A DNA stretch of 64,000 bases, from NCBI GenBank assembly GCA_963793865.1, contig CAWCBP010000014.1:275069-339068 (forward strand), given 5' to 3'. Below the pieces are notes generated by a model. That model saw only the letters and a list, made by a program, of their open reading frames with translations, had not been told where the DNA came from and searched no databases. A program made the translations under genes and the position numbers. This document shows positions 44,246 through 53,668 of the stretch, piece after piece (the first letter of the stretch is position 1; every line of letters starts with the position of its first letter). The stretch comes from an uncultured delta proteobacterium (GTDB lineage: Bacteria; Desulfobacterota; WTBG01).

Positions 44246-45323
44246 GTGAATTCAAATAAGGTCAAAAGTTTACTATGCCTGATTCCCCTGTTCTTGTGCC
44301 TGATCTCTTGGGGTGCAAACCCCGGGCGTCCTCAATTTGCCATCCCCAAGATAAGTATGATTACCGGTGAGAATCTCCACAGCGTGGTTGCCTTTTCTCC
44401 CCAGGAAGCTGAAGTTTTCGGCAACATGGGGATCATCTTCCGCACCGGTGACGGCGGTGAAACGACGGAAGCCTGGGAACGAATCGCAAGCGGGGCCGAA
44501 GATGCGCTGCTTTGCGATACCGCTGTTTGTTGACCGGGAGACAGGCTGGGCCGTGGGCATCAAGGGTACGATCATCCATTCGACCGACGGGGGGAAAACC
44601 TGGAAACTGCCCAGACAAGCGGTACCGAAAAGAACCTTTTTTCAGTTTCTTTTCCCGATGCGAGGAACGGCTGGGTGGTCGGAGAGTTCGGCACCATCAT
44701 CCACACCGGCGATGGCGGGCCAAACCTGGCAGTCGCTATCCCAGGGGAGCGACAAAGAACTCAACGGTGTCTGTTTTGTCGATGCCCTCCGCGGCTGGGT
44801 GGTGGGCGAATTTGGGACCATCCTTTACACCGGGGACGGCGGCACGACCTGGGAAGCGCAAACCTGTGAAGAAATACAGACCAATAATGATATGTTCAGT
44901 TATGACTGGAGGCCCATGCCTGCTCTCTATGGCGTGCACTTTCTTAATGCCGATACCGGACTGATTATCGGGGCGGACGGGATCATCCTCAAGACAGACG
45001 ACAGCGGGAAAAAGTGGCGCAAGCTCCAGAGCAATTGCGATGTTCCCCTTTACGCCGTCGAAATGGTCGGAAACAAGGGCTGGATTGTGGGAAACCGGGG
45101 ACTTTATCTTGTTTCCCGTGACGCAGGGGAAACCTGGCAGATAAAAGACGGCCTGATTAAAACCAGGTTCTGGCTGAAGGATGTCGCCTTCAGCGATGAG
45201 AACAACGGATGGATTGTCGGCGCCATGGGAACCCTGGCGCAGACCGTTGATGGCGGCGAGAGCTGGAAGCTGATATCCGGAATGAGCTATGATATGGCGG
45301 AATACGGTCTGGCTGATTTCTGA
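44246..45323 (+). CDS. YCF48/BNR-repeat beta-propeller protein, frameshifted
   Basis: Repeated GWxVG..G.I..T.DGG.TW (BNR/Asp-box) units; signal peptide. Confidence 0.88.
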
Positions 45324-45392
45324 TAATGCAGGGATGTATAGTTGTTTTTCGCGAATCATAAAGCTCTTTGCTATAAAACGAAAATAAGGTCT

Positions 45393-45424
45393 ATGTAGGG
45401 GCGACCGGCCGGTCGCCCCTACAT
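45393..45424. repeat. REP family B (GTAGGGGCGACCGGCCGGTCGCCCCTAC), copy 1 of 4
   Basis: Perfect 32-bp palindrome; further copies at 57424, 58418 and 59727. Confidence 0.9.
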
Positions 45425-45542
45425 CTAAATAAATACTAAGGTCTGCAAAAAAATTCTTTGTGATTTTTTTTTGTTTGTGCTATTCAATTCGGCCGGACAT
45501 TTTGCATCTTTTGACTGACCGGGAAGCAAGGATTGGACAGGT

Positions 45543-45806
45543 ATGATAGAACTTTCCCTTACAGAAGATTTTCGAACCAATCAGGACTGGCGCAACCACA
45601 AGCCGGTGTGGGATCAGGATAAGTGCGTCCAGTGCGGTATCTGCTATCTTTTCTGCCCTGACGGCGCCATTCGTCTGAACGATGACGGGTACTACGAGGC
45701 TGATCTGCAATACTGCAAAGGATGCGGATTGTGCAGCCGCCAGTGTCCCGCCAGGTGCATCACCATGGAGGACGAGGCGGCCAAGTGGCCCTGGCAGGTA
45801 AGATAG
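45543..45806 (+). CDS. porD: 2x[4Fe-4S] ferredoxin-like PorD (2-oxoacid oxidoreductase delta subunit)
   Basis: WRxxKPV lead-in, CVQCGICYLFCP and CKGCGLCSRQCP. Confidence 0.85.
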   Translation: MIELSLTEDFRTNQDWRNHKPVWDQDKCVQCGICYLFCPDGAIRLNDDGYYEADLQYCKGCGLCSRQCPARCITMEDEAAKWPWQVR

Positions 45807-45877
45807 AGGGGATAGCGGTAGAGCAGTTAAATCCAGAACTCAGCATCAGGATGCCGGAAGTCAGAAATGAAAATGCG

Positions 45878-45965
45878 AACGTCCAACATCGAACTTCCAA
45901 CGTTCAACTTTCAATGTGACAATTCTTTTCGTTGTTCAACGTTGGATGTTGGATGATCGATGTTC
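45878..45965. repeat. Inverted 7-nt-period repeat tracts
   Basis: AACGTCC/AACATCG/AACTTCC/AACGTTC followed by the complementary GTTGGAT/GTTGGAT/GATCGAT units. Confidence 0.7.
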
Positions 45966-45996
45966 ATCTTTTATCTCACGAATCGCCATCTTAAAA

Positions 45997-46022
45997 CCGG
46001 TAGGAGCGGCTTTTAGCCGCGA
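45997..46022 (+). repeat. REP family A copy
   Basis: CCGGTAGGAGCGGCTTTTAGCCGCGA, identical to the copy at 25123. Confidence 0.85.
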
Positions 46023-46050
46023 ATTACTCCTAAAGGAGTCTAGCCGTCAC

Positions 46051-46980
46051 ATGACCATCTTGTATCCGGTATATGTTCCGAAGCTTTTGTCCCGCGATGA
46101 GCACTTTGTTTCAGGCCGCCGTTCCTGCAAGGGGTGCGGAAAAGCGCTGTCGGTGAGAATGATCTGTAAAATGATGGGGAAAGAGATGATTGCTTCCGCC
46201 CCTGCCCGGGAACGGGCTGAGGCCGCCGGCTGTGTCCCCGCAGGCATGGGTTCTCCCTGGGATGAATTAACTTCAGGCAGCCTGACCCTCTCCTGTGCCG
46301 ATCGGCTCATCTCTGCGCATGAAACATCGCCGGAAGGACATGGCGCGCACCGGAAAGTCAGGAAAGCGGTCATCGGTCTTGACATGAGGGTTTTCAGCAA
46401 GGATCCCCTGATGCAGGAAGAAGTGGTTAAAGGGAACCGGGAGGCTCTCTATATTTGTTACGACAGTGAAATGTACATGGACACCCTCATCAGGAGGACC
46501 ACTCCCACGCTCTACGGGCATGAGTCGCTTCATCTCCCCGGTAAAAAGGAGCTGAGCGATTTTATTAAGAATAAAAATGTCCCCCTCCCCATCCGGGAAA
46601 GTGCGCTTTCCTACGTGGCCACCGCCTGCCCGAGCTTTCCCCTCGATCTGCTGGTTAAAATCAAAAAGGGCCTGCGGGCGCGGGGCGCGTCGTTCATCAG
46701 CCTGCTTACCCCCTGCCCGACCGGCTGGCTTTTCAGTCCCGAGCTGACGGCTCAGATGGGGGTGATGGCGGTTGAATCAGGCTTTTATCCCCTGATGGAA
46801 ATGGAGTCAGGCTCGGTCCGCATCACTGAAACGGTCTCCAGGCTGCGGCCGCTAAGCGATTATTTTAAGGCGCAGCATCGTTACGTGGCGTTTCCTCCCC
46901 CTCTCATCGCCCTCTTGCAGGAGATCGTGTCGGAAGAATATGCCGGGCTGCTGGACCGGGCCCGTGGAAAGGACGCATAA
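46051..46980 (+). CDS. Divergent PorB-like protein (pyruvate:ferredoxin oxidoreductase beta fold) lacking the GDG motif
   Basis: SGRRSCKGCG, LYICYDSEMYMDT, YVATACP, PCPTGW, AVESGFYPL; RBS AAGGAG. Confidence 0.78.
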   Translation: MTILYPVYVPKLLSRDEHFVSGRRSCKGCGKALSVRMICKMMGKEMIASAPARERAEAAGCVPAGMGSPWDELTSGSLTLSCADRLISAHETSPEGHGAHRKVRKAVIGLDMRVFSKDPLMQEEVVKGNREALYICYDSEMYMDTLIRRTTPTLYGHESLHLPGKKELSDFIKNKNVPLPIRESALSYVATACPSFPLDLLVKIKKGLRARGASFISLLTPCPTGWLFSPELTAQMGVMAVESGFYPLMEMESGSVRITETVSRLRPLSDYFKAQHRYVAFPPPLIALLQEIVSEEYAGLLDRARGKDA

Positions 46981-47442
46981 TGGTATCCGCGGCGGACGAG
47001 AAAATTATTAACAACCTGGTGAAAGAACATGGCGGAGGATCGCTGGTATCGCTCCTGCAGAGGGTGCAGTCGCACTACTACGTATCTGCCGGAAGGTATT
47101 TTAATCCAGCTGGGCAAGGCGCTGGAGGTTCCGGTAAGCAGGCTTTTTGCGCTGGCCACCTTCTTCAGGTCTTTCAGTCTTCAGCAGCGGGGCAGGAACC
47201 GGGTGAAGGTGTGCCTGGGCACTGCCTGTCATGTAAAAAGCGGTGAGAATCTGTTTGAGAAAGCGCGGCGGGACCTTGACCTTTCCGGGGACGAGGTGAC
47301 CACCGCTGATTTGTCATTTACCCTGGAGAAGGTGCGTTGTCTGGGATGCTGCAGCCTGGCTCCGGTGGTTTGCGTCAATGAGGACACCTACGGTTCCATG
47401 ACCCAGGACAAGCTGTCAAAGGTTTTACAAAAGTATCGCTAG
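46980..47442 (+). CDS. NuoE/HydC-like [2Fe-2S] subunit, one frameshift
   Basis: VCLGTACHVK and CLGCCSLAP; TAATG overlap with the upstream gene. Confidence 0.9.
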
Positions 47443-47455
47443 GACACGTCTAACT

Positions 47456-49355
47456 ATGGAAGGTTCAAACAGGCTGTTGCAGTTAAAAGAAGAAGGCATG
47501 AAGTCCCTTTTCCCGGCCACCGCCAAGATTATGGTGGGAATGGCCACCTGCGGCGTGGCCGCGGGTGCCGGGGAAGTGTGGGATGCCCTCCGGCAGGAGG
47601 TTAAGAAACGAAAGCTGGACCTGGCTATCAAAAAGACCGGCTGCATCGGCATCTGCCAGCATGAGCCGCTGGTTGATATCATCATGCCGGGGTATTCCCG
47701 GGTAACCTATGACCGGGTGAAGGCTGACAAGGCGCCTGAACTGATCGATGGGCTGGCCAAGGGGAAATTTGCCGGGGGCATGATGGCGCGCATTGACCAG
47801 GAGGAATTCCTTTTGGACAACGCCCGCAAGCGGTATGGTTCAGCCAAGGTGGCGTCAGCGCTTGCCAAGGTTGTACCTTATGACAAGCTGCCCTTTTATA
47901 AAAAGCAGCAGCGGGTGGCCCTGAGAAACTGCGGATTTATTGATCCCGAAAACATCGCCGAGTATGTTGCCAAGGGAGGATATTTTTCGCTGGCCGCGGT
48001 GCTCAAAAAAAAGAGCCCCGAACAGGTGGTTGCACAGGTAAAAAGCAGCAAGCTGAGAGGCAGGGGCGGCGCCGGGTTCCCGACCGGGGTGAAGTGGGAG
48101 CTGTGCAGGAGCGCTCAGGGGGACGGGAAAAATATTATCTGCAACGCCGATGAGGGCGATCCCGGCGCTTACATGGACCGCAGCATCCTGGAAGGCGATC
48201 CCCACAGCATTATCGAGGGGATGCTCATAGGCGGCTTTGCGGTGGGAGCCCGGCAGGGCTATATTTACGTGCGCGAGGAATATCCGCTTGCCATTGCAGC
48301 GGCTGGAGCTGGCCCTTGCGCAGGCGCGGGAAGCGGGGTTCCTGGGGAGCGATATTTTCGGCTCCGGGTTTGACTTTGACATCGAAATTAACCGCGGCGC
48401 GGGCGCTTTTGTGTGCGGCGAGGAAACGGCCCTCATCCAGTCCATCGAGGGCAACTGGGGTGAACCGAAGCCGCGTCCCCCGTTTCCGGCGGTAAGCGGA
48501 CTCTGGGGAAAGCCGACCGTCATCAACAACGTGGAGACCTGGGCGAATATACCGCCCATCATGAGCCGGGGAGCAAAGTGGTTCAGCGGCATAGGAACGG
48601 CAAAGAGCAAGGGCACCAAGGTCTTTTCCCTGGTGGGCAAGGTGAACAACATCGGCCTGGTGGAAGTGCCCATGGGGGTTACCTTAAAGGAAATCGTCTT
48701 TGAAATCGGCGGAGGGATTCCCAAGGGCAGGAAGTTCAAGGCGGTTCAGACGGGAGGCCCTTCGGGAGGCTGCATACCCCATGAGCTGATCAATCTCCCG
48801 GTTGATTTTGACCAGCTGAAAAAAGCCGGCTCCATCATGGGCTCCGGGGGAATGATTGTCATGGATGACCGGACCTGCATGGTTGACGTGGCCCGGTATT
48901 TTCTCTCCTTTCTCGAGGACGAGTCATGCGGCAAATGCGTTCCCTGCCGGGTGGGGGTGCGCAGGATGCGGGAGATACTCGACGATATCGTCGCCGGAAA
49001 GGGCGAGGAGAGCGATATCGACTATCTTCAGTCAATGGCGGAGACCATCAAGGACGGCGCCCTCTGCGGTCTGGGTAAAACGGCGCCGAATCCCGTGCTG
49101 GCCACACTTCGCTATTTCAGGAGCGAGTATGAGGCACATATCCGGGAGAAGCGGTGTCCCGCGGGCGTGTGCAAGGAACTCATTTCCTACTCTGTTGATC
49201 AAAAGAAATGTACCGGATGCGGGGCCTGCCTCAGGGCCTGTCCTCAGGGGGCGGTTACGGGGACAAAGAAGAAACCGCACCGGATCAATGTTGAAAAGTG
49301 CATAAAATGCGGTGCCTGCTTTGAGGTCTGCGTTTTTGATGCCATTGTAACCTGA
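47456..49355 (+). CDS. NuoF/HydB-like FMN/NAD-binding subunit, one frameshift
   Basis: N-terminal thioredoxin-like 2Fe-2S region, [42 protein letters not shown], two C-terminal CxxCxxCxxxC motifs. Confidence 0.93.
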
Positions 49356-49364
49356 GAGATATGT

Positions 49365-50129
49365 ATGGTGAACCTGACTATTGATGATCAAAAAATCAGC
49401 GTAAAGGAAGGAACCACCGTATTGGAGGCCGCCGGGAAGCTGGGCATCTACATTCCCACGCTCTGCCATCATGAGTCGCTCCTTCCCTATGGCGGATGCC
49501 GGCTCTGCGTGGTCGAACTTTTCCGCAATGGCGGCTCCGAGCTTACCGCGTCCTGCACCCACCGGGTTGAGGAGGGATTGACGGTAAAGACCGCAACCGG
49601 GCGGGTGCAGAAGGTGCGCCGGCTGGTGCTGGAACTCCTGCTGGCGGAGGCTCCCGAGGCCCTGAGCATAAGGGAGCTGGCGGAAGAGATGGGTGTCAGC
49701 CCTTCACCCCGCCTGAAGCCGAGAAAGGATGACCTGTGCATACTCTGCGGCCGATGCATACGGGCCTGCCGGGAGGTGGTCAGCGTTCACGCCATCGATT
49801 ACGCGGGGAGGGGGTACGTGAGACAGGTGGCATCGCCTTTCTTCAAGTCTTCCCCCGACTGCATCGCCTGCGGCACCTGCTTTTATATTTGCCCGACCGG
49901 GGCCGTTACCATGCGGGAGGTCGGTGAAGGCGAACAGGTGCGCGTTCCGGGCGGAGAAGAGGTGAAGGGGCCTGCCCGGGTGATGGAGAACTGGAAGGTG
50001 GGATTGACCATGAAGCGCTGCACCCAGTGCGGTGAAATTATCGCGCCTGAATTTCAGCTCGAATATCTCCGCAAGCGGGTCGGGCTCAAGGATGACCATT
50101 TTGATGTGTGCCCACGCTGTCAGAAGTGA
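49365..50129 (+). CDS. NuoG/HydA N-terminal-like Fe-S subunit without a catalytic domain
   Basis: IPTLCHH...GGCRLC...ASC, CILCGRCIRAC, CIACGTCFYICP, C-terminal CTQC...CPRC. Confidence 0.88.
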   Translation: MVNLTIDDQKISVKEGTTVLEAAGKLGIYIPTLCHHESLLPYGGCRLCVVELFRNGGSELTASCTHRVEEGLTVKTATGRVQKVRRLVLELLLAEAPEALSIRELAEEMGVSPSPRLKPRKDDLCILCGRCIRACREVVSVHAIDYAGRGYVRQVASPFFKSSPDCIACGTCFYICPTGAVTMREVGEGEQVRVPGGEEVKGPARVMENWKVGLTMKRCTQCGEIIAPEFQLEYLRKRVGLKDDHFDVCPRCQK

Positions 50130-50145
50130 GAGGAGTTATTAAGCC

Positions 50146-50400
50146 ATGATGGTTGACCGTGATGTTTGCGTCGGCTGTGGCGCCTGTATCAATCTGTGCC
50201 CCCGGCTGGCAATCCGTTTTATCGATGACAGGTCGTACATTGACCGGCTCTCCTGCATAGAGTGCGGTACCTGCCAGGCGCTGTGCGGGGTGGATGCCAT
50301 TTTCCCGGAGTGCCGTTTCCCCGAAATTCTCGTCCTGAACGTCGCCAGCAATCCCTACCAGGAGGACGGAGAGGAAGTGCAGGCGGAAACAGTAGTATAA
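50146..50400 (+). CDS. 2x[4Fe-4S] ferredoxin
   Basis: CVGCGACINLCP and CIECGTCQALC. Confidence 0.88.
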   Translation: MMVDRDVCVGCGACINLCPRLAIRFIDDRSYIDRLSCIECGTCQALCGVDAIFPECRFPEILVLNVASNPYQEDGEEVQAETVV

Positions 50401-50411
50401 CTTGTTGACCA

Positions 50412-50446
50412 GTCGTTGCGAGGAGCATAAGCGACGAAGCAATCTC
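50412..50446 (+). repeat. REP/RPE-like family C (GTCATTGCGAGGAGC...GACGAAGCAATC)
   Basis: Related copies at 59629-59663 and 62894-62961; the core GTCATTGCGA also occurs in the 53618 hairpin. Confidence 0.75.
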
Positions 50447-50546
50447 ATGGTTTAGGATTTCGATATTAGGATTTCTCAGTTTAGATCACACATCTCACAT
50501 CGTTGTAACCTGCAACTTGTAACCTGTAAACTTGAAAACACGCCCT

Positions 50547-51879
50547 ATGAAAGACCGCTATGACATTGTTGTAATCGGAGCAGGGCCCGGAGGGCTGATG
50601 ACGGCCCTTACCCTTGCCCGGGAAGGCCAGGATGTATTGCTGGTTGATGTTAAAAAAGAGATTCCCCAGGTCAACCGCTGCTGCTGCACGGCCTTGATCA
50701 CCGAGCCCAACACCCACGGTGACAGCGTATCCATCCAGGACAATAACATTCATTTTGAAAAGAACAACTTCACCGTCCGCTACACCGGGCAATGGGTGAA
50801 GCTGGAAAAGAGCATACGCCTCTCCCCCGGAGGCAAGAAGCTCACCATGACCAATGTGAAGGGTGTTGCCTGGCCGTACAGCAAGGATGATGTGCTGAGG
50901 AATCTTCTGGAGGACCTTGTGGCCGCGGGGGCTGATATCCTGACCGAGACGGCGGCGCTGAAGGCGGAGAACGTAAACGGCGGCGTCAAAGTGACCCTGC
51001 GGGGATGTTCCTCCCGCGCGCTGAAGGACGTGCGCTGTAAGGTGGCAGTGGCCGCAGACGGCGTCAATTCGCAGATCGTAAAGGGCCTAGAGCTGTTTAA
51101 AACAGAGAAAATATATCACTTCATTTCATGTGGCATCCTTTTTCCTGGAGGGCGCGGAGGTGCCCTATCCCAATTCCTGGATTACCTTCATCGGCAAGGG
51201 CCACACCAGGGACGGCAGGAGCCAGCTGTACATGCTCGCCAAGCATCTGCCCGGGGCCAAGCCGGGAGATGAGCCGATTATCGACATGATGTGCGGCACG
51301 CCCCGCGGTTTTTCGTCCAAGGAGGCGCTCGATTACTTTGTAGCCCACGGCAGGTTTTCCCACTGGTTCCGCAAGGCCCGGGTTGTTCACAGTTCATCGG
51401 CTGCCCTCAATTTCTATACCCCGATCATGGAGCCGGCCGAGGGAAACGTGGTGGTGGTGGGAGACGCGGCCGCTTTTATTGAGACCTATTGCCAGGGGGC
51501 AATGATGTACGGGTACAGGGCCGCCAAAGCCATACTGAAGCACCTGGAAACCGGGGGAGGTTTCAAGGACTACACCGATTTCTGGAAGAGCAGCTTCGAG
51601 TATTGCTGGCCCGGGGAGATGGAGAAGGCCTCCCGGAGCTTCGGCCTGCATGTTCTGGCTGATAATGAGCTTGACTACATCTTCGGATTAACTGACAATG
51701 AAGTGTGCGACAACTGTTACATCAGCGAGAACACGGCCCCTGAGGTAGTCAAGAAGGCAATTTTAAGCCACATGGATCAGATAAAGAAAGAAAGGCCGGA
51801 CATTGCCACGAAGTTTGAATCGCTTATGGGGAAGGCGTCAATGGAAGAAACGCTGGCGTTCCAAAAGGAGAAAAAATAG
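50547..51879 (+). CDS. Geranylgeranyl reductase/FixC-family FAD-dependent oxidoreductase, frameshifted
   Basis: YDIVVIGAGPGG, AADGVNS and VGDAA motifs; frame break near 51090-51130. Confidence 0.85.
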
Positions 51880-51906
51880 CAGCACACATTCAAAGGGAGG
51901 GTTTTT

Positions 51907-53457
51907 ATGGCAGATCAAAAGGCTAGCAAGCCTACCGTGAAGAAGTTTGCCGGTATTGAAGTTCCACCTGAGCTTTCCAAGGCAAACTTCTTTTTTATGT
52001 TTTTCAGCACCTTCATCATCGGCATTCTGATGACCGCTCCATCGGTTCTGCAGCCCCCTTTTATGCTGGAAATTATCAGAATCAATCCGGATTTTGAAGG
52101 TTCGATTAACAGCTTTTTGCAAATGATGAGTCAGGTCGCTACTTTATTATTTATTGGTTACGTCGGCATTATGTCTGATAAGACGGGCCGCAAGATCCTT
52201 GCTGTTATCGGTTTCACTTTCCTGGTGCTGGCAATCTATTTGCTGAAGATTTCAACCACCATAGCGGATGCATTGAATATTTCGCCTGAAACGGCTGCAT
52301 CCATTTGCTCGTGGCTGAGTCTCATGCCGGAATCTGCCCCTCAATGGGTCCCGTTTGCGCCGGGTTTGCTGGTATCATACATAATGCGATTTCTTGTGGG
52401 AGTGGGATTTATATTTGTCTATCCCCAGTTTATTACCATGGTGGGTGATTACACCTATGATAAGGACCGCGGCAAGGGGATGGCATTAAATGGCATGATG
52501 ATGGGGATTGCCGCGATTCTGGTATTCGGGATTTTTGGCGCGATTATGAAACAGCGCGGGGTGCCGGCTGGTTTCACGACAGCCATGTTATTTGCCGCTC
52601 TCGGTGCCGTTATGACCGCCATTTTTGTAAAAGACCGCATGCCTGAAAAACCGAAGGAAAAGCAGGGAATCAAGGATGTCATTCCGGTACTCAAGAAAAG
52701 CACAGCGCTGAAAACGGCTTATGTTTGCTCACTGATAACCCGTGCGGACATTGTTGTTCTGGCAACCTATCTGCTTACCTGGGGGACAAGTTACGGCATT
52801 TCAACCGGATTGACCAAAGGGGCTGCGATGTTTAAGGCCACGTTTCCGATGATGGTCATGGGAGTCGTAACCTTTCTGGTGTTTCCTATCATCGCCGTCA
52901 TGCTGGATAAATGGGGCCGTATGCAGACGATTATTGTTACTGTCCTGTGCGCAAGTCTTGGCATGCTTGTCATGGGTGCCGCGCCTAATCCCTACAGCGC
53001 CATCTGCTATATTGCTGCAGTATTGGCGGGCGTTGGCATGGCAGGTTCGATAGCCGGCGCCAACACCCTGGCGCTTGATGTGGCGCCCATCACCCAGATG
53101 GGGGCTGTCATGGCCGGGATGAACACCATGCAGCCTATCGGCGTATTGTTTTTCCTGATTCTGGGCGGGTACCTGTTTGATATAGTTTCGCCCCAGTCAG
53201 CTTTTATTCTTAAGGGGGTAGCAAACCTGCTGCTGTTCATCGGTCTGCTTGCAGTCAGAAGTGCCATTTCCAAAGAAATAACACCGGCCTTTACCATGGA
53301 TTGGGAACCGGCGGCAAAGCTGCAGATGATGAAGATACCCGGCAGCGTCCGCCAGGGGGCCATTGAAGGGGCGGAAGCATATGCCAAGGACCAGAATGTC
53401 ACCAAAATCACCGCTGAGTTCTGCCAGGAATTGAGAAAGATGATGGGGCAGGGGTAG
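51907..53457 (+). CDS. MFS transporter with a C-terminal PCP_red-like domain
   Basis: Motif A GIMSDKTGRK and LDKWGR, about 12 TM segments; soluble tail MDWEPAAKLQMMKIPGSVRQGAIEGAEAYAKDQNVTKIT. Confidence 0.88.
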   Translation: MADQKASKPTVKKFAGIEVPPELSKANFFFMFFSTFIIGILMTAPSVLQPPFMLEIIRINPDFEGSINSFLQMMSQVATLLFIGYVGIMSDKTGRKILAVIGFTFLVLAIYLLKISTTIADALNISPETAASICSWLSLMPESAPQWVPFAPGLLVSYIMRFLVGVGFIFVYPQFITMVGDYTYDKDRGKGMALNGMMMGIAAILVFGIFGAIMKQRGVPAGFTTAMLFAALGAVMTAIFVKDRMPEKPKEKQGIKDVIPVLKKSTALKTAYVCSLITRADIVVLATYLLTWGTSYGISTGLTKGAAMFKATFPMMVMGVVTFLVFPIIAVMLDKWGRMQTIIVTVLCASLGMLVMGAAPNPYSAICYIAAVLAGVGMAGSIAGANTLALDVAPITQMGAVMAGMNTMQPIGVLFFLILGGYLFDIVSPQSAFILKGVANLLLFIGLLAVRSAISKEITPAFTMDWEPAAKLQMMKIPGSVRQGAIEGAEAYAKDQNVTKITAEFCQELRKMMGQG

Positions 53458-53617
53458 GTCGTTACAGTTGACGGTTTTCAGTCCGCAGTCGACAGCAGAA
53501 GGTTGAAGCAGAAGAAAGAAGTCAGAATTCAGTAGTCAGGAGTCAGAAGACGAAATACGGGAGTCGGCAGGGAATGATGAACCTGTAAACTTGCAATCTA
53601 CCAACTGAGACTAAGGT

Positions 53618-53662
53618 AAGCAAATAGTCATTGCGAATGCTCCTCGCAATGACTATTTGCTT
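53618..53662. terminator. 19-bp perfect hairpin between convergent genes (possible bidirectional terminator, REP-C related)
   Basis: AAGCAAATAGTCATTGCGA-7 nt-TCGCAATGACTATTTGCTT. Confidence 0.65.
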
Positions 53663-53668
53663 GCGTCG

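Noticed and set aside
45916..46050. N-terminal extension of the PorB-like ORF
   Set aside because: It translates heptamer and REP repeats; the RBS supports the ATG at 46051.
46980..50129. Respiratory complex I or [FeFe]-hydrogenase operon
   Set aside because: No other nuo genes are adjacent and the 254-aa subunit has no H-cluster motifs.
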